From: an uncultured Lachnospiraceae bacterium
Lineage (GTDB): Bacteria > Bacillota > Clostridia > Lachnospirales > Lachnospiraceae
Assembly (NCBI GenBank): GCA_945621435.1
Contig: CALZBR010000007.1
Span: 8,119-72,118, forward strand
Direction: 5' to 3'
Length of the DNA stretch: 64,000 nt
The number at the start of each line of letters is the position of its first letter. The stretch's first letter is position 1. Shown piece after piece: positions 54,743 to 64,000 of this stretch. The position numbers and the translations under genes were made by a program. The notes below the pieces were generated by a model. It had not been told where the DNA came from. It made no database searches and saw only the letters and a program-made list of their open reading frames with translations.

Positions 54743-56170
54743 CTAAGCGGTGTAGTCCACCGTATTGCCGTTCCGCTCCATCATATCTCTTGCAAGCAAA
54801 TCCTCTTCCGAGGGCTCTTCGCCGTTTATTTCCTCCATGAGGTTAATCCTTCTGACCCTGCCTCGTCCGGAGGATTCCCGGCTGCGGCTTTCATTATTTC
54901 TGTCCTGTTCCGGATTCTGTTCGTACTGGCGGGTCTGTACCGACACCTCAATAGCTTCCACCTTGACACCCTGCTCGGCGAATTGCTCCTTCAGCTGAAT
55001 CATCTGTCCTTCCAGCGCTGCTTTTACCGTTTCATTCTGAGCGATAAAATTCGCTGTTACGACGCCCTCCTTGGAAGCTACCTGCACATGCAGACTTCCC
55101 AGGCTTTCGGGGTGCAGCTGCATCTCCATGGTGGACATATCGCCCTTTAGATTCACTCTCATGTAATCCATAATCTGGCGCATGATATCCTGTGTTTCCG
55201 TACTGAAACCACCCTGAACCTCTATCGGCTGCTGTGCTCCGTCCACAGCCTGCTGTGTTCTGAGATTCTGTGTGAACAGGTTTACTCCCTCGGCGTTGTT
55301 CCCGCCAGTACCGTTTTTCCCAGCCGATTCTCTGCCACTTCGTGAATCCGGTCCGTTTTCTGCAGTTTCCGAAAGTCCCGAAGCATTTCCTGCCGGATTC
55401 CTCTCTGTCACAGAATTCCCTTCCGCCGAAACAGAAATCATTTCTTGCCGGGAACCATCCTGCTCTCCATCCGCTTTCAATTCACTTACAGGGATATCCT
55501 TCGACTGTGCCTTTGAGGCAAGCTCCCCCAGCTGCTCTGCGGATAAGTTCAGCCTGTCCGCTGTCTGCTCCGACAGTCCCTCCAATTGTTGCATTAGCTC
55601 TCTGTATTTGGCATACAGCTCTTCATCCGTCACCAGCACCGCCGTATCCTGTTCTCCGGCTGCCGCCATCAACAGCTTGCTGAATTCCTCAGGATTCAAC
55701 AGATCTGCATTCTCCATCCCAAGAGTTGCCATTGCCTCCCTGACCTCAGCTTCCGTCATGCCAAAAGCCTCTGCCACCATAGCCACTGCTTCGACACCGG
55801 CTTCTTCCAGAGCCTGTAATGCTTCTGCGGAAATCTCTTCCGCAACCCGGTTACCTGCCGTCTGATTCTGCACTGCAGAGGAAGCAAGCACTTCCGCTGT
55901 CTCCTCCGAGATGTCCGTACGCTCTTCCACGTTCCGGCTGGGCTCCCGTTTTTCCGTCCGAGCCCTGTGTTCATCCCTTGCTTTCATCGAATCATACGAC
56001 GTCTTCTTTACCGGTCTTAAGTCCTGTCGGTTCTGACTGTCTGCCGTCCCCTCAGGTCTTTGATTGTTCCAGACTGCCTGAAAATCCCCCGACATACGGT
56101 TCTGCATTCCCACCGCTGTCATCAGGCCGTTTTGTCCGAAACCTACATCTTTTACAGGTGTATTCGTCAT
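54743..56170 (-). CDS. fliK: Flagellar hook-length control protein FliK
   Basis: Low-complexity N-terminus; C-terminal MEMQLHPESLGSLHV...LKEQFAEQGVKV; RBS AAAGGAGG before ATG 56170. Confidence 0.9.
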   Translation of the reverse strand: MTNTPVKDVGFGQNGLMTAVGMQNRMSGDFQAVWNNQRPEGTADSQNRQDLRPVKKTSYDSMKARDEHRARTEKREPSRNVEERTDISEETAEVLASSAVQNQTAGNRVAEEISAEALQALEEAGVEAVAMVAEAFGMTEAEVREAMATLGMENADLLNPEEFSKLLMAAAGEQDTAVLVTDEELYAKYRELMQQLEGLSEQTADRLNLSAEQLGELASKAQSKDIPVSELKADGEQDGSRQEMISVSAEGNSVTERNPAGNASGLSETAENGPDSRSGRESAGKNGTGGNNAEGVNLFTQNLRTQQAVDGAQQPIEVQGGFSTETQDIMRQIMDYMRVNLKGDMSTMEMQLHPESLGSLHVQVASKEGVVTANFIAQNETVKAALEGQMIQLKEQFAEQGVKVEAIEVSVQTRQYEQNPEQDRNNESRSRESSGRGRVRRINLMEEINGEEPSEEDLLARDMMERNGNTVDYTA

Positions 56171-56234
56171 TTCTGACCTCCTTTCTGAAATTATCAAGGT
56201 ACTTGAGGCCTGGGTATATCAAGCCTCAATACAT

Positions 56235-56261
56235 ATATCGGACATCTTACTTGTTAACTTA
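56235..56261 (-). promoter_or_regulatory. Internal sigma28 (SigD) promoter upstream of fliK
   Basis: Minus strand TAAG-N15-TCCGATAT versus consensus TAAA-N15-GCCGATAT. Confidence 0.7.
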
Positions 56262-57134
56262 AGGGTTGGGCGCCATAATTTTTGTAAGCCTTGCAGCATT
56301 TTCCGCATTCATCTCGGCAAGAATCTTCCCTCTGGACTCCGCATCCATACTCGATAAAATCTTAGCGACAAGATCCAGGTTGTCCGTCATGGTATCAAAA
56401 ATCTCCGCGGCCTCCTTCGGTTTCATCTCGGCATAAGCCTGCGCCCATTCCTGAACCGCCTTGCTGGCCTGTTCCTGGATCACCACCTGTTTATAAAGGT
56501 ATTCTGCGGTCTCCGGATTCATCCCCTCATACCATTTCTGATAATCCTTCGCCCCGGGTCCGTTCTCCGCATAGATGACCTCCTCATAGAACTCCGTTCG
56601 GATTCTCTGGAATTCCACCTGTCTGTCCTCAAATTCACTGAGACGTTTATTCTCCGCAATCAGCTTCTGAATATCCGCATCCTTCGCATTGGAACCGGCG
56701 CGCACCTGTTCCAGTTCCAGTTCCAGCTGTTTGATATATTCCACCGCCTCCGGAAGGCTTTTATAACCGCCATAGCTATCAGGGTCCGTGGTCTCCGTGA
56801 GTGACTTTCCGGGCAAAATCTTGTTCACCACGGGCACATCCTTGAGCACCGGAGCCAGCACGGAGCTGCCAAAGCCGCCGATATCCAGTTTCACAATAAT
56901 GCATACCACAGCTATCCAGAGCACAACGATAAAAAGGGTAGCGCCAAAGTTCACCAGACCGTTGCCACCTTCATCCAGTCCCAGTTCCTCTTCCTGTCTG
57001 GAAATCTCACGAGCCCTGCGCTTTACTTCTTTTCTCTGCTTACTTTTTTCTTTCTTCAGCTGTTTTTTTTCGTTTTGCAGTCTTTTTTTCTCAGCTTCCA
57101 CAGCTACTGCTTCCTTTGTTACTTCCTTTGCCAT
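56259..57134 (-). CDS. YlxF/MotE-like flagellar protein (MgtE-N-like C-terminus)
   Basis: TM segment, LKDVPVVNKILP, YAEMKPKEAAEIF...ILSSMD...RGKILAEM; between fliJ and fliK. Confidence 0.8.
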   Translation of the reverse strand: MAKEVTKEAVAVEAEKKRLQNEKKQLKKEKSKQRKEVKRRAREISRQEEELGLDEGGNGLVNFGATLFIVVLWIAVVCIIVKLDIGGFGSSVLAPVLKDVPVVNKILPGKSLTETTDPDSYGGYKSLPEAVEYIKQLELELEQVRAGSNAKDADIQKLIAENKRLSEFEDRQVEFQRIRTEFYEEVIYAENGPGAKDYQKWYEGMNPETAEYLYKQVVIQEQASKAVQEWAQAYAEMKPKEAAEIFDTMTDNLDLVAKILSSMDAESRGKILAEMNAENAARLTKIMAPNP

Positions 57135-57166
57135 ATTGCCTCCCGATTACATTCCTGTCTTATGGC

Positions 57167-57643
57167 TTATGTCTGTTTTTCACCGATTCGCTGACCATAA
57201 ACATAACTAGTCAGCTCATCGACTTCCTTGCCTTCCTGTCTCTTTTCCTCCGCAAGAAACTCCTCAAAGGCTTTCTCCTTTAAGGTCTCATGGGTCTTAC
57301 GCTCCACCATGATTTCGGCAAGCCTCTCCCTGGCAAGCTCCAGGCTTCGTTCCGCTGCCGCAACCCGGAACCTCTGTTCTTCCACCCGTTCCTCCATCGC
57401 CATTATCGCTACTTTATTGTCCTTGATTGCCTGCAGATCAAGATGACCGCCCTCTTGTTCGCTCTCTCCAAGCAAATACGCAGCTTCCCTTTCATATCCT
57501 GCTTTTCTGCGGATAAGAGCCTGTAATCTGTCCTCTTCCGCGGAAAGTGCCATCTTTGCTGCCGCAAATTCCTGCTTTGCCTGGGTTTCCATCTTCATTT
57601 TGATATTAAGTATACTCTGCATGGAGTATCGGAATCGCGCCAT
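57167..57643 (-). CDS. fliJ: Flagellar export protein FliJ
   Basis: FRYSMQSILNIK...ERKTHETLKEK...EGKEVDE. Confidence 0.9.
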   Translation of the reverse strand: MARFRYSMQSILNIKMKMETQAKQEFAAAKMALSAEEDRLQALIRRKAGYEREAAYLLGESEQEGGHLDLQAIKDNKVAIMAMEERVEEQRFRVAAAERSLELARERLAEIMVERKTHETLKEKAFEEFLAEEKRQEGKEVDELTSYVYGQRIGEKQT

Positions 57644-57662
57644 ACAACCCTCTTATCCCACC

Positions 57663-58979
57663 TTAATTTTCAAACAGTGCTTCCAATAACTGCACACTTG
57701 TCTCAAAGTCAAATTTTTCGTCAACCTCCTGACACAGGAAAGCATTGACAGCATCTATCTTGCTGATGGCATAATCAATGGCCGGATTACTGCCGTTCTT
57801 GTATGCACCGATATTGATAAGATCCTCCGCCTCCTGATAGGTCGCCAATACCGTCTTCAGTCTGCCCGCCAGTCTCTTATGTTCCTTCGTGGCAATCTGG
57901 CTCATACATCTGGAGATACTCTGCAGGATATCGATTGCCGGGTAATGATTCTTGTGTCCCAGCTTGCGGTCCAGCATAATATGTCCATCCAAAATACTCC
58001 GGGCAGTATCCGTAATGGGCTCATTAAAATCATCGCCGTCTACCAGCACCGTATACAATCCTGTGATAGAGCCGTTCTCTGCCCTTCCCGCTCTCTCCAG
58101 AAGCTTCGGCATCTCCGCATATACGCTGGGCGGATACCCTCTGCTCACAGGCGGCTCTCCACTGGCAAGTCCAATCTCCCGCTGCGCCATGGAGAATCTG
58201 GTGAGGGAATCCATCATCAACAGCACATCCTTTCCCCGATCCCTGAAATACTCTGCAATGGCAGTCGCCGTCTTCGCCGCCTTGTTACGCTCCAGGGCAG
58301 GTCTGTCCGAGGTCGCCACCACAACCACAGACCGGCGCATGCCCTCTTCTCCCAGGTCTCTTTCTATGAATTCACGAACCTCTCTTCCGCGCTCTCCAAT
58401 CAATGCAATGACATTGATATCTGCCTTGGTATTCCGTGCAAACATACCCATAAGTGTAGACTTTCCCACACCGGATCCGGCAAAAATACCGATTCTCTGT
58501 CCTTTTCCCACAGTGATCAGGCCATCAACCGCCTTCACGCCAAGGGGGAGAACCGTATCGATAATCGCTCTCCTCATGGGATCCGGGGGCGTTGCCTCCA
58601 CGGCATAAGGAACGCCCTCTTCCGGCGTCGTGCCGTCCAGTGGCCTTCCCAGACCATCCAGTGTCTTGCCCAGGAGTTCGTCGCTCACCATGACTCTCAA
58701 GGGAAACCCTGTGTTTTCCACAACGCAGCCGGGACCTATTCCATCTGTTGCATCATAGGGCATAAGCAGCGTCTTTTTGTCTTTAAAGCCTACCACCTCT
58801 GCCATAATCGGCGCTTGTCCGCCCTCGGGAATCATCCTGCACACATCCCCCAGCCTGGCCTCCGGTCCCAGGGACTCCAGCGTCAATCCCACCACGTTGA
58901 CCACTCTGCCGTACCTGCGGTAGAATACTTCATCCGTCAGCCTGCGATATTTATTCAAATCAAGGGAAGCCGTCAGCAA
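57663..58979 (-). CDS. fliI: Flagellar export ATPase FliI
   Basis: GQRIGIFAGSGVGKST, LIGERGREV, MDSLTRF, GYPPSV. Confidence 0.97.
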   Translation of the reverse strand: MLTASLDLNKYRRLTDEVFYRRYGRVVNVVGLTLESLGPEARLGDVCRMIPEGGQAPIMAEVVGFKDKKTLLMPYDATDGIGPGCVVENTGFPLRVMVSDELLGKTLDGLGRPLDGTTPEEGVPYAVEATPPDPMRRAIIDTVLPLGVKAVDGLITVGKGQRIGIFAGSGVGKSTLMGMFARNTKADINVIALIGERGREVREFIERDLGEEGMRRSVVVVATSDRPALERNKAAKTATAIAEYFRDRGKDVLLMMDSLTRFSMAQREIGLASGEPPVSRGYPPSVYAEMPKLLERAGRAENGSITGLYTVLVDGDDFNEPITDTARSILDGHIMLDRKLGHKNHYPAIDILQSISRCMSQIATKEHKRLAGRLKTVLATYQEAEDLINIGAYKNGSNPAIDYAISKIDAVNAFLCQEVDEKFDFETSVQLLEALFEN

Positions 58980-58982
58980 ATC

Positions 58983-59825
58983 CTATTCCTCCTTCGTCCG
59001 GGCCAACAGTCTCAGTTTCTGTTTCAGCTCTGTCATCTGGGTGTCCAGACCGCAGTCTATCATACCGCCTTCTGTCTCTATCAGGCACTCATTAACGGCA
59101 AGACTCTGATCCTCCACCACATCCAGCTCACATCTGGAGGGAAGCACCTCCAAAAGCTTTGTTCTGTTTTCACTGATGTAAATATAATCTTCTCTCGACA
59201 CATGTATCAGGAAATCCCGTCCCCCGGCACCTTTCAGAGCCGACCGGAGCAGGTTCAGCAGGATTTCCTTATGATTGCTCAATTCCACATCAAAAATATG
59301 CTGGTAAATATCCGTTATGGCATCCACCAGCTTTGGTTCCATCTCTTCTATCTGCTGACGGTAGAAACTCTCCAGTTCAGCTTCCTTCTCCCGGTACTCA
59401 CGTCGTAAGGCTTCCGCTTCTTCACCGGCTTTGATAAGACCTTCCCTGTACCCGTTCTCTCCGGCTTCCGTCAAAACCTTGTTTTTCTCGGCTTCCATCA
59501 GGCTTCTGGCTTCCTCTGTAATCCTTGCAGCCTCTGCTCTGGCTTCCTCAAGGATCGTAATTGCCTCTTTTCTTGCCTGTTCCACAAGATATCCCGTATT
59601 GGCAGCAGTTGGGGCAGCATTGCCTCCTTCGGATTCCTCTTCACATATATCCTCATCCATGGGCACTAATTCTTCTGCTTTCAGACCGGAGATAAAGCCA
59701 TCATCACCTGCGTCTGACTCTGTCAGTTGCTCGCCGATACGTTTCATCGCCAGATCATTGGTGTCAATAATACGCTTATCCTCCGAGCGAACTACCGTAA
59801 AATACTGCTTCACAATATTAGACAA
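58983..59825 (-). CDS. fliH: Flagellar assembly protein FliH
   Basis: AxxxGxxxG segment AGENGYREG, CLIETEGGMID; TTG start (LSNIVK) overlapping the fliG end. Confidence 0.88.
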   Translation of the reverse strand: MSNIVKQYFTVVRSEDKRIIDTNDLAMKRIGEQLTESDAGDDGFISGLKAEELVPMDEDICEEESEGGNAAPTAANTGYLVEQARKEAITILEEARAEAARITEEARSLMEAEKNKVLTEAGENGYREGLIKAGEEAEALRREYREKEAELESFYRQQIEEMEPKLVDAITDIYQHIFDVELSNHKEILLNLLRSALKGAGGRDFLIHVSREDYIYISENRTKLLEVLPSRCELDVVEDQSLAVNECLIETEGGMIDCGLDTQMTELKQKLRLLARTKEE

Positions 59826-60837
59826 CGACTTCGTCACCTCCACCTCTGGAGATAATAATCTCTCCGGTGTCCTCTAATTTTCTGATAATGTTTACAATCT
59901 TCTGCTGAGCCTCTTCCACATCCTTCATACGGACAGGTCCCATAAATTCCATATCTTCCTTGATCATGACAGCCAGACGGCTGGACAGATTCTTGAAAAT
60001 CGCATTCTGTACCTGCTCATTGGCACTCTTCAACGCCATCTCCAGGTCACTGTTGTCCACGTCACGCAGCACACGCTGAATCGCCTTGTCGTCCAGGAGC
60101 AGAATATCCTCGAATACAAACATCTTCTTTCTGATTTCGTCTGCCAGCTCCGGTTCTTCGATTTCCAGAGTCTCCATGATATGCCGCTCTGTTCCTCTGT
60201 CCACAGTATTCAAGATCTCCACCACAGCATCCACACCACCGATGATGGTATAATCCTGATTTACAAGACTTGCCAGTTTGGACTCCAGTACCTTCTCCAC
60301 TTCCTTTATCACATCAGGACTTGTTCTGTCCATCACGGCAATTCTCCTCGCCACATCCGCCTGTCTGTCAGGTGCCAGGGAAGACAGAATGGAAGCAGAC
60401 TGTGCCGGAGACAAATAGGACAGGATCAAGGCGATTGTCTGCGGATGCTCGTCCTGAATAAAGTTGATAATCTGGGAAGGATCCGTCTTGCGGATAAACT
60501 CGAAGGGCTTTACCTGCAGGGACGCAGTCAGCTTGCCGATGACATCCATCGCCTTCTCTGCCCCCAACGCCTTCTCCAGCAAATCCTTTGCATAGCCGAT
60601 ACCGCCCTCTGCGATATACTGTTGCGCCAGACACACCTCATAAAATTCGTTGATCACATCTTCCTTGACCTGAGGCGTTACACTTCTGGTATTTGCAATC
60701 TCCAGCGTTAGCTCTTCTATCTCTTCCTCTTTCAAATGTTTAAATATTCCGGCGGAGCGCTCCGGCCCCAAGGTAATCAAAAGGATTGCAGCTTTCTGTA
60801 TTCCTTTGATCGTATCTTCTTTCATTGCCTTCGCCAT
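59818..60837 (-). CDS. fliG: Flagellar motor switch protein FliG
   Basis: QKAAILL, EHPQTIA, MFVFED, GPVRMKDVEEAQ. Confidence 0.97.
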   Translation of the reverse strand: MAKAMKEDTIKGIQKAAILLITLGPERSAGIFKHLKEEEIEELTLEIANTRSVTPQVKEDVINEFYEVCLAQQYIAEGGIGYAKDLLEKALGAEKAMDVIGKLTASLQVKPFEFIRKTDPSQIINFIQDEHPQTIALILSYLSPAQSASILSSLAPDRQADVARRIAVMDRTSPDVIKEVEKVLESKLASLVNQDYTIIGGVDAVVEILNTVDRGTERHIMETLEIEEPELADEIRKKMFVFEDILLLDDKAIQRVLRDVDNSDLEMALKSANEQVQNAIFKNLSSRLAVMIKEDMEFMGPVRMKDVEEAQQKIVNIIRKLEDTGEIIISRGGGDEVVV

Positions 60838-60886
60838 ATTTCCTCACTTCCCCGAAAGCCTTTCCGTATCAACCAATTGACAGGCA

Positions 60887-62494
60887 TCAATTCCAATCTT
60901 CGTTCAACCAGTTGCGCAGCAGATTCGCTGCCGCCTCCGGATTCTCATCCACAAATTTCTCAATCAGCTTGCGCGTCTCAGACTTCGTCTCCACATCGAT
61001 ATCCTCAAGCTGAGGCTCGGGATTGGACTGTAATATTCCCTCCACGGAGAGATCCTCTTCCTCTTCCTCGGACTTTCTTGTTTTCATACTTCTCAATACA
61101 ACAAACGCAAGAAGACTGATGATCAGGATGATCATCACAAGGCTCAGAATATCCGTAGCACTGACCTTCATACCCTCTTTGTCATTAAATATAGGCATTT
61201 CATATGCAATAATGCTAATCTTGTCCACACTGATACCGGTGGCAACGGCTGCCGCCTGATAATACTCCTCCGGCACCTCCTTGATGACGGATGCGCGGTT
61301 GTTTTCCTTGAAGTCCTCCCAGGTGATGCCACCGTCAAGAAGTCCCTGCCTCTTCACACTCTCCTCGTTATAAATACGATAGGAGATCATAGAGATCGCC
61401 ATGGAAGAGGAATCATAATCTATGACGCCGGACATCGTCTTTTTGTTCCAGGCCCACTCGTTGGGAAGATAATCCGTAGAGCTCTCGGACTGGCTGGTCT
61501 CACTGTTGCCATAATCCGGGGTAACGTATGTATTCAGATTGCTGCCGTCATTGGAATCCGTACCGGGAATTCCGCCTCCGCTGTTGCTTCCAGAGGATTC
61601 AAACAGATCCTGATGCGCCTTCATGCCATCCACATAGCCCTCGTTGGCATAATATTCTTTTCTTGCTTCTTCGTACTCTGCATAATCCAGGGCAAGATGG
61701 CTGACCACGCTAACAGAATCACACTGTGGGAAATGGTAGAAATGTCCCTTTACCTTATTTGCGATCATGTTTTCCGCCTGGTTCTGCAGCTCCTGCATGG
61801 AACCTGCAATCCCCGCGGTACTGTAATCATCACCGCCCACAAACAGAATATTGGCATCGGTATCCACTATGGTGATATTGGCGGTGTTGGAATTACCAAG
61901 GGCTGCCTGAATACAGCGCGCCAGTCCTGCCGCCTGGGCGGAGGACAGATTGCCGTCCAGCTCCAGGGTAACATAAGCGGAGGCATCCTCTTCATGCTCT
62001 ATCAAAGTACCGTATTGGGGAGGCACGTTCAGAATAACCTTTGCAGTTTTTACCCCTTCCTGTGCTTCCAGTGTCTTCTCCAGCTCCGCCTGACGATATA
62101 ACTGCTGCTGCATTGCTTTATCGGAGGATGTGGCAGACATGCTGTTCTCCACAAAATCCGAATATTTCAGCCTGTCGCTGACAATACCGGCAGCACCAAG
62201 CGCCAGATTAGCCTGATACTCCTGAGACTTTTCCACCTGGATGGTACGGGCATCCGTGCTCACCTTCGGCGTCACCCCGGCTTCCTTCAGAATCTCCACT
62301 ACTTCTGCGGATTCCTGACTGCTGGCATAGGTTCCCAGTTCCACGTACTGAGGTCTGGAAAGCACATATACGATGATGAAAAAAGTAAAGATTACCGCCG
62401 CCGAAATGGCAATAATCACAGTTTTCTGTTTGGTGGTAAACCGATCCCACCATGCCTTTATTTTAGCTAATATCTCCTTCAGCCTGTCGAGCAT
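60887..62494 (-). CDS. fliF: Flagellar M-ring protein FliF
   Basis: Two TMs flanking a large extracytoplasmic domain; ASAYVTL; C-terminal NPEAAANLLRNWL; between fliE and fliG. Confidence 0.9.
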   Translation of the reverse strand: MLDRLKEILAKIKAWWDRFTTKQKTVIIAISAAVIFTFFIIVYVLSRPQYVELGTYASSQESAEVVEILKEAGVTPKVSTDARTIQVEKSQEYQANLALGAAGIVSDRLKYSDFVENSMSATSSDKAMQQQLYRQAELEKTLEAQEGVKTAKVILNVPPQYGTLIEHEEDASAYVTLELDGNLSSAQAAGLARCIQAALGNSNTANITIVDTDANILFVGGDDYSTAGIAGSMQELQNQAENMIANKVKGHFYHFPQCDSVSVVSHLALDYAEYEEARKEYYANEGYVDGMKAHQDLFESSGSNSGGGIPGTDSNDGSNLNTYVTPDYGNSETSQSESSTDYLPNEWAWNKKTMSGVIDYDSSSMAISMISYRIYNEESVKRQGLLDGGITWEDFKENNRASVIKEVPEEYYQAAAVATGISVDKISIIAYEMPIFNDKEGMKVSATDILSLVMIILIISLLAFVVLRSMKTRKSEEEEEDLSVEGILQSNPEPQLEDIDVETKSETRKLIEKFVDENPEAAANLLRNWLNEDWN

Positions 62495-62519
62495 CTGTCT
62501 CTCTCTCCTAAGTAATCAA

Positions 62520-62864
62520 TTAAATCTGAATCTGCATGATTTCCTTGTAGGCTTCCATCAGCTTGTCCCTGATGGCCACTGTATACTGCAGTGCGGTGGA
62601 AGCCTTCTGTAATGCGATGGTAAGATCATGCGTATTCTCCGTCTCACCCAGTGCAAATTTAATCTCCTCATTCTCCGCATCCGACAGATAACTGTTGGTC
62701 GTCTTGAGATTATCAATGGCACTGCTCAAAAAGGAATCAAACAAGGTACCGTCTGTCTTTTTTTCATTGTCAGAAATAGCAGCGGAAGCAGAATTCGTAC
62801 CGGTGACACTTCCGATTCCGAAATTGTTAATTCCGGAAAGAGCTTTGATTGCAGATAAATCCAT
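62520..62864 (-). CDS. fliE: Flagellar hook-basal body protein FliE
   Basis: HDLTIALQKA..ALQ..VAIRDKLMEAYKEIMQIQI. Confidence 0.93.
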   Translation of the reverse strand: MDLSAIKALSGINNFGIGSVTGTNSASAAISDNEKKTDGTLFDSFLSSAIDNLKTTNSYLSDAENEEIKFALGETENTHDLTIALQKASTALQYTVAIRDKLMEAYKEIMQIQI

Positions 62865-62920
62865 ATTATTCCTCTTTCATTAAAAAATCTTTGCCGGGTA
62901 TCCCCCTGCACTACATGGTA

Positions 62921-63370
62921 TTACTTACCCATCTCCAATCCCTTCAGCGCCATGGACTTGCTGGCGTTGAAAGCCGTTGAATTGGCTTCGTATGCGCGGC
63001 TGGCATCAATCAGATTCGTCATCTCCGTGATAATATTCACGTTCGGATAGGTGACATAACCGTTTTCATCCGCGTCGGGATGGGAAGGGTCATATACCAT
63101 ATTCATCTCTGTAGAATAATCCTCGTATACTCCCCGAACCTTTACTCCCTGACCTGTGTAGCCATGACTGTAGGCAGCCTGTCCCAACACCCTGCTGAAG
63201 GCAGTCTGTCCGCCCTTCTCCTCGAAGCTGACTACCTTACGGCGGTAAGGAGTTCCGTCAGAGGTTCTGGTGGTGTTGGCATTTGCAACATTCTGTGAAA
63301 TGATATCCATACGATATCTCTGCGCCGTCAGACCCGACGCATTAATGTCAAAAGCGGAAAACATGCTCAT
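62921..63370 (-). CDS. flgC: Flagellar basal-body rod protein FlgC
   Basis: ASGLTAQRYRMDIISQNVANA, PYRRK, YDPSHPDAD..GYVTYPNV; start MSMFS. Confidence 0.96.
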   Translation of the reverse strand: MSMFSAFDINASGLTAQRYRMDIISQNVANANTTRTSDGTPYRRKVVSFEEKGGQTAFSRVLGQAAYSHGYTGQGVKVRGVYEDYSTEMNMVYDPSHPDADENGYVTYPNVNIITEMTNLIDASRAYEANSTAFNASKSMALKGLEMGK

Positions 63371-63426
63371 ATTATTACTCCTTTCATGAGCTCCGGCAAC
63401 CGGAACTCCCATCCCAACAGCCCAAA

Positions 63427-63816
63427 TCACTTCATCACGGTCTGCAAATTGGTAAATTCCTGTGAAATACTGGTAAGTAAGCCCTGATATTTCAGCTGGT
63501 TCTCTGCCAGCATAATGTTTTCATTCTCTATATCCACATTATTGCCGTCCAGACGATAAGAAAAGCCTGAATAATCGGTAAAGGTCCGTACGGAAAGATT
63601 CTTCTTTCCTGCGGCAGAGACTTTGGAATCCATGGAAACATAACGATTGTGCCCCAAAGCCTTTTGAAGCACAGACTCAAAAGCAACATCCTGTCTCTTA
63701 TATCCGGGAGTATCCACATTTGCAATATTGTTGGCTATTGCATCATTGCGCAGCCAGCTTGCATCCGCCGCCTTATCCAGCACCTTAATATAGTCAAAAA
63801 CATTTGTCTGAATCAT
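63427..63816 (-). CDS. flgB: Flagellar basal-body rod protein FlgB
   Basis: IANNIANVDTPGYK, RLDGNNVD; start MIQTN with AAGGAG RBS. Confidence 0.95.
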   Translation of the reverse strand: MIQTNVFDYIKVLDKAADASWLRNDAIANNIANVDTPGYKRQDVAFESVLQKALGHNRYVSMDSKVSAAGKKNLSVRTFTDYSGFSYRLDGNNVDIENENIMLAENQLKYQGLLTSISQEFTNLQTVMK

Positions 63817-63849
63817 AATCTCTCCTTCTTCGTATAACCATCCTATTCT

Positions 63850-63877
63850 ATTATAATGAATCCACGTAAAAAAACAA
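63850..63877 (-). promoter_or_regulatory. Candidate sigmaA promoter of the fla/che operon
   Basis: Perfect TATAAT at 63850-63855; weak -35 TTGTTT at 16-bp spacing. Confidence 0.45.
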
Positions 63878-63931
63878 TACATTTTGTAGTAATTGGCAAA
63901 AAAAGTACAAGGTCTTGTGTCTGATAATAAC

Positions 63932-63969
63932 AAAAAAAGGGACTTATTATCAAACTAATAAATCCCTTT
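63932..63969 (-). terminator. Intrinsic terminator upstream of flgB
   Basis: AAAGGGA.TTATTA-N6-TAATAA.TCCCTTT stem with T7 run on minus strand. Confidence 0.65.
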
Positions 63970-64000
63970 ACCTGCGGTCAAACCGCTCAAATCCATTTTT

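Noticed and set aside
57879-59408. 509-aa plus-strand ORF (and the similar 373-aa ORF at 35281-36402)
   Set aside because: Antisense shadows of fliI/fliH and cheA; no motifs or RBS support
63817-63935. c-di-GMP riboswitch or invertible flagellar switch upstream of flgB, as in C. difficile
   Set aside because: Leader is short and AT-rich, with no GEMM-like two-hairpin motif, no flanking inverted repeats and no recombinase visible
63968-64000. Possible 3' end of an upstream minus-strand gene (...KNGFERFDRR*)
   Set aside because: Only 10 codons visible; frame and identity cannot be supported
1-64000. IS elements, integrases, prophage genes, tRNA or rRNA
   Set aside because: No transposase, integrase or phage motifs in any ORF, and no RNA-gene signatures recognised in the intergenic regions

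Overview
Chromosomal window from a motile Clostridia-class bacterium, Lachnospiraceae-like by gene content and order (inference). The right 35 kb (28646-63816, minus strand) is a Firmicutes-type fla/che operon (flgB to fliA plus four tail genes) followed by rpsB-tsf. The left 26 kb is mixed: aldo/keto reductase, HD protein, a stand-alone gpmI, a CDF transporter, an ABC ATPase/FtsX-type permease pair, a PHP protein, a double GT-C glycosyltransferase and an orphan hybrid kinase. Two loci stand out. (1) An AT-richer PD-(D/E)XK/DUF559-like nuclease gene (1470-2282) sits 27 bp downstream of a non-coding array of about 5.8 x 52-bp repeats with its own structured leader. (2) A six-gene operon (6313-15993) mixes sugar-importer ABC permeases and two very large lipoprotein binding proteins with a membrane-fusion protein and a MacB-like subunit, and has no ATPase. 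Smaller signals: a stator with a Na+(/K+)-type signature, a (MGMNPQM)8 linker in FliY, an internal sigma28 promoter before fliK, and an rpsB promoter embedded in a terminator hairpin. No rRNA, tRNA, IS element or CRISPR array was recognised. All product calls come from motif recognition by eye, not database searches.
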